NCBI GenBank assembly: GCA_038496445.1
Contig: JALMLS010000414.1
Span: 62,001-126,000 of the forward strand
Direction of reading: 5' to 3'
Length of the DNA: 64,000 bases
Source of the DNA: Trichosphaerium sp. ATCC 40318
Lineage: Eukaryota > Protista > Tubulinea
The notes beneath the pieces are model-generated. The model was not told where the DNA came from and made no database searches. It saw nothing but the letters and a program-made list of their open reading frames with translations. The number at the start of each line of letters is the position of its first letter. Within the stretch, counting starts at the first letter, position 1. The translations under genes and the position numbers were made by a program. This document shows, piece after piece, positions 14,144 through 28,035 of the stretch.

Positions 14144-15013
14144 ATGGCACAAAATACTGTTGAATACTACTGTCGTCGGTGTCCTGCCGAACTTGGACTT
14201 GTTAAATCGTACTTACGAACGCTGCGTACTGCAATTGTAATCTGCTGTCCTGAATGTGAAGGTCCCATTACTATACAGCCATTACGAGATGAGAATTGTA
14301 CGCTCAGATGCTTTTTTGTTTTGTTTTTGCCGCCTTTTTGAACAGGCTTGTTTGTTACGGAAACTATGAAAAGCGCCCCAAAACAAGTAAATACTTAACG
14401 TGGGGGCTACATACTTTACATTAAATGATCATAAACCAGAAAGAGCTCACGACTACTTTAGGCAGCCCAAATGTATCTAAAACAAGCATCAACACGACAA
14501 ATATATCAAAGCAACAGCTACAACTCAAAACTGTGAAGGAGCTGCTAAATATTTTGAGATCCAAAGGACCGCGTTGGTGGCCTCAAAAAAGAACTGGTAG
14601 ACCGAGTTTATGATGCATCGTATAATGATACACAACCATTGGCAACACGAAAAACTGCAAATAAACAACAACAACGTTCTGTACGAAGAAAACACGTGCC
14701 AGCCAAAAAACCACCAGCGAAAAAATTACAGATAGTCGTCACAAGCAGTTGTGGATACCCAAGCGACGGCTGGCATTCTTATGAAGAGCCTGAGATATGT
14801 GTCGATAGTGTACATACAAGTTTGAGCTCAGCAAATGCACGTGTCGAAGAGCTATTTTACAAAAAAAACCCATGGGGAATCGACAAGGAAGAGATGGAAG
14901 ATTTTAGCGACGTATCTCGTAGGACGAATTCGCAAGGTCTACTTTCCTTGTGCGTTTGTCCGCCTGATTCAGAGTGCTGGAGTGTTACTGCTAAGGCTAC
15001 CCGACCCAGATAA
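14144..15013 (+). pseudogene. Zn-ribbon plus SAP-domain gene with a frameshift inside the SAP domain (pseudogene or assembly indel)
   Basis: CxxC...CPEC N-terminus. LKTVKELLNILRSKG in one frame continues as RVGGLKKELVDRV in the +1 frame at about 14570, which runs on into ORF 14639-15013. Confidence 0.6.
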
Positions 15014-15417
15014 CGGCATGTTAAATCAATAAAACCTCTTAAACAACAGGCAATCACATTGCAAGTTTTGGATAAGTACTTTTTTGCTTACTTCTTTTAC
15101 TACTTTGATTATGTCTTTAACACTCGCGGATGACTTGTGGCCCCCTTGTTCCCATTACTTAATCAATATGCTACCATATACTTTGACTACATACTTGTGC
15201 CTTGACTATCACACGTTAGCAACTCAAAAACTTTTTTGTTTTAATTAAAATTGCGGCAACTTAGCTTGTACGCACACTTTCTTTGATAATTTTTTGTAGT
15301 AAAAACGTCCAATAATGTGATTAAAAAAACTTTGTAAATAGTTCACAAAACACGATTAGATTCGACAATAACTTAATCTGTTGAGCGCTCCTTATTCTCA
15401 GTTTCAAGCTTTCCGCG

Positions 15418-18400
15418 ATGAGTGACTCGGAGGTTAGCGATATTGAGGCTGATTCTCCTCAGCAGCAAGCAGAGGAGACATTAGTCAAACTTCAACGTGA
15501 ACTTGGACAGAGATTTGGTACTATCGACCAAAAGAGAGTAAAAGAGCTCGGTGGGTATATAATGGTTGTCAAAAATGAAGACGAAATTATTAAAAAAGCT
15601 GGCGAGAGTATGACAGGCTCTGGCAAGTAGTATAGCGATATATATACTGCTAACGATACGTTTAGCAACCTCAGAACGAATAAAGCAGCGTCTATTCTCG
15701 GAGCGTCGTCGGAACGCCATTTCACGTATTATACGTACTGGTATCGAAGTACGTTTGCAAAACGAGTGTTGGCATGACGCTATTTTCAATTTAATTAAAT
15801 TTGGCTCCAAACCACTTTGAACTCATAAAAATCGCTCGAAAGCGCTGCCAGTATACTAAATAACATTCTCGATACTTTGTCTTATGTTCTGCACAAAACC
15901 CCTTTTCTTATTTCCGGCTAGATTAGATACGTTGATGGCGTAGACTCTCGTGAGGGTAATTGCTACTTGTACTTAACGGCAAGCGATTCTGTATTGCGCA
16001 CTCACGCAGAACATACTCAATTAGAGGTTAAACTACTGGTAAGATATAAACGAATCACTACTAAGCTGATTAAAGGCGTTTTTCTCAAAAAACTTTTTGA
16101 AAGGAAAACATTAGAATTCAGTAATAACGCCTATTTTCCTTTTATAGGACGGTTTCGGTGGTGGTTATGCTCCTTTCTTGTGTGAAAAGGAAGAAATGTT
16201 TGAGCGTAGCGGAGAAAAAATTAAAGGCTGGAAAAAAGTTGGCTTAGGTGCGTTGTAGTAGCTTTAAATATTCTATTTTTTTGATTCTATCTCCATACGC
16301 AGCGAATCACTTGTTGTGATTGAGCGCGTTCTTTTTACTAAGATCAATTCTTGTGAATCAAAAATACCTTCCAAAACTGTATTATTCGCTGTAAGTAGCG
16401 ATTTGAACCCCTATAACGAAAGAAAAAAATATGATGAGCATGCCTGGGTGTTTTGGAGGACTGTTTTGCATTTCTTCGCCCACGACGATTGTTTTTTGTT
16501 TTTCAAATTTTTTTTTGTCTTGGTTTTTTTGTAGACTTGCTTATTGTTCTATTAGAGTACAAAAAGCGCTTGTTTAGTGCTTCTCAACGTATGCATTTGA
16601 CATACAGTTTATTACATTCTCGTAAACATTTAGGTGGTGCTGATTTACGTGCGTGTTTTCCACATTGTTTGGTTCTTTTTTGTAGTTGTAGTGCCTTGCT
16701 TTGAGCTAACAAGCTTTTTGTTTGTGATAGATATTAGCAAGCTCGTCAACGATGGTATTCTGGCTGCGTTTTTCCCAATCCATGAGCATGAAGCTAGGGA
16801 TTGGCTTGTAGATAACTGGGTAAAGAAACCATGGAGGTCTCAACCACTTGATTACATTCGCTGGTATTTTGGCGAAAAACTAGCCTTGTACTTTGCGTTT
16901 ATAGGTTATTATAATTTATGGCTATTTGGAGCTAGTGTTGCAGGAATTATAGCGACACCAATAGCGTGCGTGTTTGCTTTTGATTTTTTTGTTTGATTGT
17001 TTAATTTAACTCATGTTATGTAGTCTGTTGCCGCAAGTGCAATTTGATATCCCTTTAACTGTATTTTCTGTGTTTATTGCTTTGTGGTCAGCTGTCTTTC
17101 TTGAATTTTGGAAACGAAATAACGCCGTACTTGCATGGAAATGGAACATGGCAAATTTTGAAGAAGAGGTACTGTACTTGTTGAACATTGAGTGGTTTTT
17201 TTGTTATTTCGATTGTTAGTAACCTTTTTGCTTTAGGAAGAAGTTCGTCCTGGATTTGAAGGTGAAGAGCGGCTTGGAGTATGGTATCAAGGAGCTTGGG
17301 TTAGTCTGAAGCAATTTCAAGATGAACATGATACTACATTCTCTCAAAAGTACTCATTGCATTATGGACTTGCTGATAGACGAAATAAGTTATTTGTTGC
17401 TTGGCCAACGCTTGGTTTTATTGTGAGTAACTGCAACTTGTCTTGTTTGCTTTAACCCAAAACTCGAGATTGGTTATTGTACAATTTGCTTATTCCTTCT
17501 AGTTCCTGTGTATTGTCGCTGCTGCAGTTGGTTTGATTGCCTTTAAGGCTTTTGTAGAGAACGAAAGTTGGGGTACTTATTAAAACTTTATTTAAGGCGG
17601 TTGTTAACAGTATCATAGGTCCTATTGTCGGCGGTATTGCTAATGGTGTGATTATTGTTGTACTTGAAAGTGTTTACAAATGGATTGCTACGAAGATGAA
17701 TAATTGGGAGAACTACCGTACTGAGACGCAATATGAGGATCAGCTTATTTATAAACTATTTTTGGTGCAATTCGTAAATGCTTACATTGCTTTATTCTAC
17801 ATTGCGTTCGTAAAAGGACGTGTAGGAACCCGTACGTCATTGTTTAGTTTTGTCAAAGAAAAATGTTGACAATCTGTTTTCTTTTTTGGTGTAATTTGTG
17901 CCTAATATCCTTGTTTCTCTAGAGAAATGTGTGGGATTCTCTACGCTTGATAAAAATATCACAATTTTTAATGCAACCACTAATTCAACAATGTCTATTC
18001 CCAATCCTGCAACAGGTACATTTTTTGGCTTGGTATTTGTTTGTTTCGCTTATTGTGTACTAGGAAATTGCCTAGAGGATTTGTTTGTTGGTCTAGCTAC
18101 TATTCTAGCCACACGTATTGCTACTAGTCAGGCACGATTCTTTGTCAAGTACTTTGTGCACTGAACTAACTTTATTTTTTTAAGTTGACTAAACTTATCA
18201 TGCCTCTTGTTATCTCATGGGCTAGACAAGCTTGGGCTCGTTGTAGACGTAAGACCAAACGTGATCTATCATTTGTTCAAAAGCAAGCTAGACTCGGAGA
18301 CTATGAAGGTGAGAAATCAGTTTTTTTCGCGGCTTTTGTTTTGAAACTTTTCTTACTTCTACAAAAGGTGTTCTTTCTTTGTACAACGACTTGGCAATTC

Positions 18401-19503
18401 AATTTGGATATGTAACAATGTTTGCTGCTGCTTTCCCACTTGCTCCTGTTGCTGCGTTCATCAATAATATCATTGAAATGAGAACAGATGGTTATGCATT
18501 TTTGAAGGCTTTTAAGCGTCCAAATTACCAGGGTGCTCGTGATATCGGTATGTAGTTATACATATTGTGCCTTTTTGACTTTGCTGAGAGCTTTTTAGGT
18601 ACATGGTACAAGATTATGGAGTTTATGAGTTATGCTGCTGTATTGACGAATGTTTGTATTATTGCCTTTACTCCTCGCGAAGCGGGTATCTTTAGACCTA
18701 AGGATGATGAAAGATCTTTCTCAAGAGATGCTGTACTACTGGCATTGTTCTTAGAGGTGTGTAGTGGCTGCTAAGGGTTTTGTTGTGATCTTATTTTTTT
18801 TTTTGTAGAATGCTATTCTCTTCTTGAAGTACTTCTTATCGCAAGTTATCCCTGATGTACCAGTTACTGTACGCCGTAAGATGTCTAAGCAATCATATTT
18901 CAGAGATCAAGTACGCATCTTTTAAGTAGACAAGTAGACACTGTTCGCTACTTGTATTTGTAGTTGAGTTTAAATTTTTTTGTGGCTACTCGTTTTTTTT
19001 TACAAGCTTTCTAATGGTGTCTTTGTAGGCGTTGTTGTATGCCCTTACTTCTGATGATGATGCTGAAGAGAAAAAAAGGAAGAAGGAAGCACGTCAAAAG
19101 AAAAAGGAACTGAAGCGTCAAGCGAAGGCAGATAAGAAAGCCCACAAGGCTAAGTACAAGAAAGATAAAAAACACAAACATAAGCGCAAGGATGACTCAT
19201 CTGGTTCTGATTCTGATAAGGAAGAAGATGAAGATACTAGACGCGAGAAACTAATTGATTTGTCTGATGAACGAGAAGGTAGGGCTTTTACTACTATTTT
19301 TTTTTTTTTGGAGCATACTTTTGTTGACTTTTAAATTAGGTGATTCTGAAGATAGTTCTGATGACGAAACTATTGTTGATACTATACATGACGATGGTGA
19401 TGAAGGTGATTCAAGTGAAGAAGAGGTCGACACTGATGAAGAAGAAGGTGAGACTGGTACTGAAAGCGATTATGAAGTCAGAGAACCTAAAAAAGAAAAA
19501 TGA
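15418..19503 (+). CDS. Anoctamin/TMEM16 Ca2+-activated channel or scramblase with Lys/Asp/Glu-rich tail (multi-exon)
   Basis: QPLDYIRWYFGEKLALYFAF, FLEFWKR, NNWENYRTETQYEDQLIYKLF, FAAAFPLAP...NNIIEMRTD, DIGTWYKI, IPDVP. Confidence 0.95.
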
Positions 19504-19784
19504 GATTTATAAAGTAAATAATAAATAAAAAAACCCAAAAGGAACAACCACCATCATTGGTGAAAGGAGTTCAAAAAAAAACGAGCAAAAATAAAATAAT
19601 TTCATTCTATATTTCTTCTTGGTACTATACGCCACTGGTCTATTAAATGAAACAACCACAAAGAACTAAGATTGCAATATCAAGTGAACTAAATAGGTAT
19701 TGTTTTCATGTTTTCGCATACCGACCTTGAATTTATTTATTTGGAATATTTGCAAAGTTGACGTATGTTGAAAATCATTTGTAA

Positions 19785-21307
19785 ATGTCGTCAGAAAGAA
19801 CAACGCTTCTAGTGTTCTTTGTGTGTTTTATTTCAATAATTTCAGCGTCTAGTGGCTCATCAAACTGCACAAGAACAGGTGTATGGTCCGAAAAAGGAAA
19901 AGTATGTATTTGTAATCGCTTATACCAAGGTACATCACCTCTTTGCCATCAATATCACCATCTGAGGCCCTATACCCATGCGTCCATAGTATCACTATTA
20001 ATATGACGTATAGGTAGATGGTGTAAAGACGGTATAGCTCAAGTACTTGGCAATCAGTGGCTTCTATCATTTCAAATTGTTTTTTCTTTTCTTTGGGCAT
20101 CTACTTTTATCATACTCGTTGTTCTCTATTTAAAATACCGTAAACGTATATTCATACGCCCAGTGAGCAAGAAGACTATTGTTCTGATGCATACAGAATT
20201 TTTTTGTATATTTTCTTGTTGTATATGGACGTATATGATGTACACGTGATTAAACATTAAACTAATGATATTTTTAGTGCACTTTGTTTGGTTTTCACTT
20301 GACCCTTACTATCAACGACAAATATTACCACCAATCGTAGAGTCTGTATTAATATCTGTCGCAGTCAGTTTTCTGTACGTTTTTATTATTTTTTTTTTTG
20401 GAAAGCGTTGCTGTAGTGACGTTTAAGTTCAAAAACAGTAAAAATCAAAGAATAGGCCTCATTTGTTTTGAAAAAAACTTTTTTTTGGAAACAAAAATAA
20501 TATTGTCACGTGTTTAATCACGTGGTTTCTAAAATCGAAAAAAAAACCTATTCTGAATAGTTTTGATGACAGTCATTTGAAGTAATTTTTATGTACAGAT
20601 GGGCTTCTTGGATGTTAACTCTTGCAAGAATGGCAAGTTGTCTCAAGAATTTGTTTGCATCAGTCCCAAAGCATGTATGTTCTGCTGTTTTTCATGGCGT
20701 AGAGGTATTCCTATACCCAGGGGTATTAGTTGTTTGGGGATTTCAAATAGTTTTCGCTGTGATACAGCTAACAAGTATAAACAAACGTGTCATTTATCAA
20801 ACTTTTTCGTATATCGTCATTGCTATGTATTTAATCGCTATATCAATAATTGGGCTTATTAATATAACAATATTATTATTCAAATCAAAAGGTAATTGGC
20901 TACAAGGAAGAGCTTCAGTGAAGGCAAAAACTATCCAGAAAAAGGTAAACGGATTAAAAAAAAAGTCTAATATTTTTACTTTTTGTAGTCTTTCTTGATT
21001 CTAGTATCTGGTGTTCTTCTCCTAGGAGCAAGTATATTCGCAATGTATGTATTTCATACACAGCTACCATACCAATATTTCTTTATACTACAAACAGTAC
21101 GATCACCATGTTAAGGAAGTTCTTTCTAATATTATTAAAAAGGTGAGACATTCTCTTCAGTGGTGTTTTGCTCTTGTTGTTATAGTGATACATCTATGGC
21201 ATAGTAATCCCGCACCTCCATCTGAAACCGAAGGTGGCTATACGTTCCCTGATGGACCTTATGAGTACTCTGCGTTATTAGATACGTCAACCAATAGTAA
21301 ACAATAA
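19785..21307 (+). CDS. Signal peptide, EGF-like domain and multi-pass membrane region (GPCR/TOM1-like)
   Basis: Hydrophobic N-terminus, CTRTGVW...CICNRLYQG EGF-like motif, several hydrophobic TM exons. Confidence 0.65.
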
Positions 21308-21726
21308 ACACGTCCTGTATTTATATTTAATTAAATGTATTGGATGCACTGGATTAATTAGAGTAAACTGAGTAGTACCATGGGATAAGTAGTGTATTAC
21401 AACACCGCATAATGAGAACGCTGAGCATAAGTGGCGGTTGTCTTAGGAATGATATTATTTGTGAGCATTATAGTTGTTTCCGCACATCATGGCTTATTGT
21501 CCAGTCCCTGATTAGTGCTATCAAAACTTATGCAGCTAACCTCTAGCCATAGCCGTTAAAGCTAACCTCTCGGGTTGACAACGGGCAATTATTTATACTT
21601 TGACGAAAAAGTAAGGTTTGGGTTTGTTACTTTGGGATTTGGATGAAAAGTTACCCTCGCAGCTTTTTTTTCAATCATCCACGGAAAAACGCTTTATTTT
21701 TTTGCAAGTTTACAACTCATTCAAAA

Positions 21727-22670
21727 TGAATTCCATCTCTTCCCTGAAGAACTGGAAGTTTGCACAGTAGCATTCTACGGCAAACAAAAATAAAAGTCAA
21801 GTTAAGGTTTGGGGTGGCAGCGAAGCATCTGTAGCGGTGGTTATGACATTACAGATGAAGGTGTCAAAGCACTTGGTGGTGTTTATACAATTGAGTTTTA
21901 TCGCACATCGGTACCGTGGAAAGTAATCGAAGCACTAGAGCATTAAGGCTTATAAAGAAGTTCAGTTTTTGGCGGACTAAGTATGATTTTTCATGCTACA
22001 GTTCAAAACAAAAGTTCAATAAATTGGTACTGAGATTAAGGCATCATAGCAATATCGCTGAAGTACAATTGGTATTTAAGTATTGGCTTGTGGCTTCTTT
22101 ATAATGCGCTAAATATCTTTTTCCAGGCAATAAAATGAATTAACTGTGTATTACTCAAAATAAAAATAACGTTGGACTCTTACCAAATTGTTTGTTCAAT
22201 GAAACTCAATGCAGCTTTTGACAAGATCTTCTATGTGAGCTTTATTTGATATTATAGCATTTTAAGGGACCTTGGGTACTAGCAACTAATGCAGACAATG
22301 TTTGGTCGGACGAAATGTGGCAAAAACTTGCAAAGCCTGATTCTGTGCTTCTTGATAACTTTCATGTTGTTCTCTTAGCAATAGTTCAATGAGTATTTGG
22401 ATCTTGTTGATAAAGAACCAAATGGTAAAGAAATATTGATTGCATCACAATTGTTAGTCATGCCGCTGTCAAGCCAGACAGGTACTGGCAACCCCTCATC
22501 AAACCCACAGGACAACCTTTCAAAAACAACCATTGTAACACCCCACAGCCCCAGCGGGTGTACCCACTTGTATCAATCGTTTAATGGCGAAAGGATCGCA
22601 AACGCTTAGTATTGCTGTGCTACATGCCTAAGGCATGTGTGGAATGTCGTGTCAATAAACCGACTTAATA
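21727..22670 (+). pseudogene. Decayed gene remnants (LRR-like fragment and others)
   Basis: Fragments GYDITDEGVKALGGVYTIEF (LRR-like) and GPWVLATNADNVWSDEMW, interrupted by stops and frameshifts. Confidence 0.3.
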
Positions 22671-22785
22671 ACAAAAAAAGACAGCACATTAATCACGTGA
22701 TTATTATCAATCAAACCAAAATATTGTCCGTTTCAGTCAACAGCTAGTTACTTCGTCAGTTATTTTTCTCGCTAAAAGCGCTCCA

Positions 22786-23283
22786 ATGGATACTACAACA
22801 AAACTTAAAGTGCTCACAGAGCGAAAAGTCAACTTTGGTGTCAAATTGAGTTGTGCAGCTAGTATGACAAACAGTGTACCCCAGATATGGCAGTGTATTA
22901 TTGATAATATCGGAGATATGCTTAGACTATAGAGACGGCCGAGCTTGGTATTAATTGCGACTATCTTCATATTTACAATGTTCTTGGCAAGGGAATACTA
23001 GATAAAAAATATGATCTATTTTTGTTGGCCTGATTTTGGGTTTACAGAAGAACAAGGAAAGTATCTTGGAGACTTTCTTTGTAGAAGTGTTGACAGTGGA
23101 TCAGGTGTCATCTCAGCGGTTTTAACAGGTTGTTCATTTGTAGAGACACCAAGGGGAGAATGGACAAAAAGCTATATGTCTATCACACCTAGCTTAACGA
23201 TATTAGTCGTGGTTCTTTCAATCGTGGGGATGGCACTGCACTTATTGGAAATATGTTTCTTTTTCTTCTGGTATTATATGTGA
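22786..23283 (+). CDS. Small membrane protein (two in-frame TAGs are either intron acceptors or premature stops)
   Basis: ATG 22786 is in frame with ORF 23011-23283. TAG at 22930 and 22999. C-terminal hydrophobic helix. Confidence 0.4.
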
Positions 23284-24085
23284 ACAAGAATAACGAGAAA
23301 TGTCAGAGTTTATTGTTGACTTTGACCAGACTTAATGTTATGAAAGGTTTTTTTTGTTTTGTCTCAAGATGGCTATAGAGTAAAACAAATCAACAAGCTG
23401 AAACATAAATACAGAAATACTTGAAATATTGCTTTTGTTTTAAAACATGTTAATAATTTCAGTGTATTGTTCTGTGTTAATTAACAATACTACTTTCCTT
23501 TTAAGGCAAACACCTCTTTGCTGATAAGTAAATAATTTTTTCCGCTCTAACAACATAACTTTATGCTCTCACACTCCACAACCTAGTTTAACAGCACTTT
23601 TAAAGCCAATGGTTTTGAACTACATTTAGCGAAATGTAGGCGGCATGTTCTATTTCTTCGAATCCGTTCTTTTGAGGCCTTTTTGCAAGAAAACAGCGCG
23701 TTTTAAATAATTTAAACCAAAAGTCAGAAATATTTTCGTATGTACAAACGTAAAGGAGCACTAGCAAATTAAGTCAAAGGCGACCATACGCAATAGATAA
23801 TAGAGCCAGATTACGTAAGCCACATATGCTTATTGGGTTTGCACTACTTTTCGCGAAATTGATTAAAGCCACCAGTGACATCACGTGACCAAGGCAAAAA
23901 AAAAAAACCATCCTAAAATGCTTTAGATGACATAGAAATTGACACCTACTGTGGTCCTAATGTCACATTGAGCAAAAATATTGTTATAAAAAGCTACTTT
24001 CTATGCCCTGACTTATGTGCACTTAGTTCCCTCGTTTTTTCCATTGAACATTCTTCACACTTTTCAAGCACTTCAACAACAAAAC

Positions 24086-27000
24086 ATGGATTTGAAGTCC
24101 TTTGGTTTAGTGTTAACCTTATTTCTAGCGGTATACGCACACTCAAGGTACAGTACTATCCACAATTATGACGTTGTATTGACTCTACTCAAAGCTTCCG
24201 TGCTAAGCCAGCGGCGCCACCAGGTTTCGACTGTGCTGCGCGTAAATTAGCGTACAAGTTCGCTTTAAAACAACAAGGGTGGAGAGGAAACCTTAAGTAC
24301 GAGTATTTAATGTTTACCGCAGCTAATGCGTATGTAGGTCAGTTTTTGATGCTCTAGAGCTACACACATTATGTGGAGTACCAGATATCAAGGATATACA
24401 GACTCCGTCACGTGCTTTTGGGTCTTCAAAAGCAGAAACAAAGTTTTTCGTTTCTCCAAAAGGGTAATTGAAGAGCTTGAAAGATGTAGTATCGTCTTAT
24501 GCGCTTTAGGTCTGATTCTAATCCTGGGACCCTTGATAGCCCTTTTAAGACGATAAAACATGCTGTAGATAAAGCTGGAAGTACTTCAGGAGCGGTTGAG
24601 ATCTTTTTGAGGGAGGTACGAGTTAAATTGAAGAATTAAAAGCACGTGACGTCGTTTTCCATTAAACTTTATCTAGGGCATTTACTACCTTCAAGAAACG
24701 CTCTCACTGTCCCCATCTAACTCAGATATATCTTTCACTAGTTATAACGGTATGACAAGCCTTATCACGTTTTCATAACTCATGTCTGGTGTTGTAGGTG
24801 AAAAAGCTGAGATCAATGGCGGTATTCCTCTTGATCTAACTTGGAAGCCTTACAAAGTAGATAAATCTATGAACATCTATGTCGCTGATGTGAGCAGTTA
24901 CAACATTGCAACAATGCCTGGGTTAAGGTAAGGACAAAGGCGCTTGGTTTCGAGATTTATAATAATTTATTCTAGGGTAAATGGACGAAGAGCAATCCGT
25001 GCTAGGTTTCCAAATGCCAACCCAGAAATAGACTTATATCCAAAAGGTTGGCTAACAAAAGAAGTGAGTAGTGTAAACTTTTTTTTTTTTTTTTGAAAAG
25101 TCGATGGAAAGTCACGTGACTAGAACTGACTGTGTTGTGATTTTTTTTTTATTAATTTTTCCTTTTTAGCCTAAAGAGTGGCTACCACCAAAGAAGTACC
25201 CACCTTCAGTGGTAGAAGTAGGAAAGAAATACTCAAGGACGTACCAAACAGAGTTCCAAGTAAGCCACCGCATGTTGATAGTTTACTTACTGCTTCTCTC
25301 TTCCAGAACTGGACTGTTGGTGTTAATGGGTCGTGTTCTATCTATACACCTCCTGAAAGTTACTGGTGCTCTACTGCTATTTCTGGTGGTGGTGCTTCAT
25401 CATTCGAAATACCAACCGGTGTAGTTTACAACGAAGCCACATTTCCAAGTACGCCGTAGTTTCTTTGTCTTCGATTTCTTACGCTTTCAAGATGCCCCTT
25501 GGGCCGATATTTCCGATGCTGTACTACATGTATTCAGACCTGCTCATTGGGCTTTGTAAGAAACGCTAATAGAAGGTTAAAGCTAATGAAACAAAGGTGG
25601 ATGTTTGAAGTTGGTTCTTATGATGCTCAAACACGTACAATTAAATTCGGAAAAGGCGGCTTCCAGGTCACCTCCCTTTATGTAAAAGCTGTCTTTACTC
25701 ACTTGTTTATTTTAGGGAGCACGTGGTAATAAGAAAGGAGGTGAGTGGTACATCGAAAATGTGTTCGAAGAGTTGGACTATCCGAACGAGTATTACTACA
25801 ACACAAAGACGAAGGAACTTTACTTTTTCTACAATGGTGCGTTTCTCTCTCATTTTCTTCGATCTAAATTATGCCCTAACTGTTATCCAAAGGCACCGGT
25901 ACACCACCAAGTGACACCAGGTTTGAAGCAACATCACTGAAGACGCTCGTAAGCATAGTTGGAACTCAACAAAATCCTGTCAAAAATATTGCTTTCACTG
26001 GCATTCATTTCGCAAATTCTGCTTATACTTATTTGGACCCTCACGGCATTCCATCAGGTAATTGGTTACTCTTTATACTACTGTAGTGTTAATCGTGTTT
26101 ATAGGTGGTGATTGGGCACTTCAAAGAATGGGTGCTGTTTTCCTACAAGGCACAGAAAAAGTATCAATTTCATCATGTCTTTTTGATGGTCTTGACGGAA
26201 ACGCTCTTTTCTTGTCTGGTTATACAAGGAACACAACAGTATACAGAAATGAGTTTGTATGGATAGGTGATAGTGCTATGGCAGCATGGGGCTTTACTAA
26301 AGGTATTGATGGTACAGATGGTAATCAACCACACTACACTACAATTGAAGAAAACTTGGTTCATGAGATTGGTATTTGGGAAAAACAATCTTCGGCTTGG
26401 TTTCAAGGAAAGTCTTGCCTTACGACTCTAAAAGGTATCATACTTATACTTCTTTGATAAATGCTATTTATTAACTATATTTTACTAGGTAACATTTTCT
26501 TTAATGGCCCAAGAGCTGGTATCAACTTTAACGACGGATTTGGTGGCGGAAGTGAAATCGCACGTGATTTTTTTTTTCATGTTTCTGAAATAGGTTTCGT
26601 CAAAAAGCCATGTTGTTGATGTTCATCAACTTTATATTCTATGAACTAACGAGCGTTATATAATACCTAACTTTTTCTTTACAGACAGAAACTTTACTAT
26701 TTAATCAATGCAGAGAGTCTAGTGATCATGGTCCATTCAATTCATGGGATAGACAGGTACCCACTTATTTGTTTTATGAATACTGACTTTTTTACTCCTC
26801 AAGCCGTTCTTGACAACGGTAGCTACTGGAAAGCCTTCATTGATACCTCTTTACAACGAAATTCACAACAATTTCTTCATTTGTAACTACGGGTAACCTC
26901 TTTTTGATTTCTTTCTTGATTTTGGAACTTCTCAATTTTTTAACATATTGTAAACAGGTCTTCAATGTGCGTTGATAACGATGATGGAAGCTCTTATTAT

Positions 27001-27615
27001 AAGATTCATAATAACTTTGAAGTATACGGAGGTCACAAGAGTAACTTTGGCGGACATAGCAAGTCTACATACAACTCGATACAAGCATTTGCTAGAGCAT
27101 ACCAAGAAGGACTTTGTATGAGAGTGCGCAGCAATGTACGTGCTCCAGATGTAGTAGTACCCTTAACGCTAATGATGCTTGTAGGACTTGCCTGGTTATG
27201 TTGAAGGATACTGGAATAACACATGCATTCAGAGCACTACAACAGCTCCGTACACTACTATTGAGTACTGTAATCCAAAAACTAAAGATGTGAGTTTTTT
27301 TACCTTTTTGAGTTATTCTATTCACTATCTTATCACTAATTTTTTCGCCCTAGACGCTTCCTATAATGTATAATAATAGAGTATACAATAAAGATGCGGA
27401 CGCAAAGATAGAATGTGCTACGAAATCTTATTCTTTGGCTGAATGGCAAAGCATGGGATTTGTACGTGTTGGAGTTTTTTTTTCTTTGCTGCAGCAATTT
27501 GTTAGATATTGTTGCCTCTCTTACATTGACTCCTTAGGAACAAGGAACTGTTGTACATGATCTTCCAACTAATGAACAAATTATTGCTTGGGCAGCGCAG
27601 CTTCTTTCAATATAA
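24086..27615 (+). CDS. Secreted right-handed beta-helix (pectin-lyase fold) protein, about 20 introns
   Basis: Signal peptide; RAIRARFPNANPE, WYIENVFEELDYPNEYYY, GGDWALQRMGAVFLQGTE, GPRAGINFNDGFGGG, CRESSDHGPFNSWDRQ, DNDDGSSYY. Confidence 0.85.
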
Positions 27616-28035
27616 GGGGAGAACAATAAATAGTTCAAGGTTAATGCTTTCTTCTCTTCTTTTTTTCCGTCAACACGTGATATTCAATTATCGCAACAGC
27701 TCGTAGTGAGAGCCTTCAAATTCATGAAAGTATACAATTGTTGGTGCACTTGCTTTGGTTGTTTCAAGAGAGCTGACCTATACAGTGTTTATTCACAAGC
27801 AGTCGTTGTTTTTAGTTTACTACACATTGAAGTATGTCACGATTAGTCTCATTCGCATAACACTATTCACATTTACTGTAACCTTTTTTATATCTTAAAA
27901 CCTACCACCACTGTGTTTTTAAAAGCTTCATCCACCCTAACAAAAATGATGATAATCTAATGCGTATTTTTACTTCCTTAATGACTTTTTTTAATTAAGT
28001 CATTCATTTGTGTTCCACAAAGTTCTATCACAAAG

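Noticed and set aside
19032-19503. Lys/Asp/Glu-rich repetitive sequence
   Set aside because: It is the low-complexity tail of anoctamin, not a separate repeat element.
22930-23001. Two in-frame TAGs at Trp-like positions, suggesting A-to-I editing or readthrough
   Set aside because: Both can be acceptors of normal-sized GT-AG introns (22876-22932 and 22948-23001), or simple nonsense mutations.
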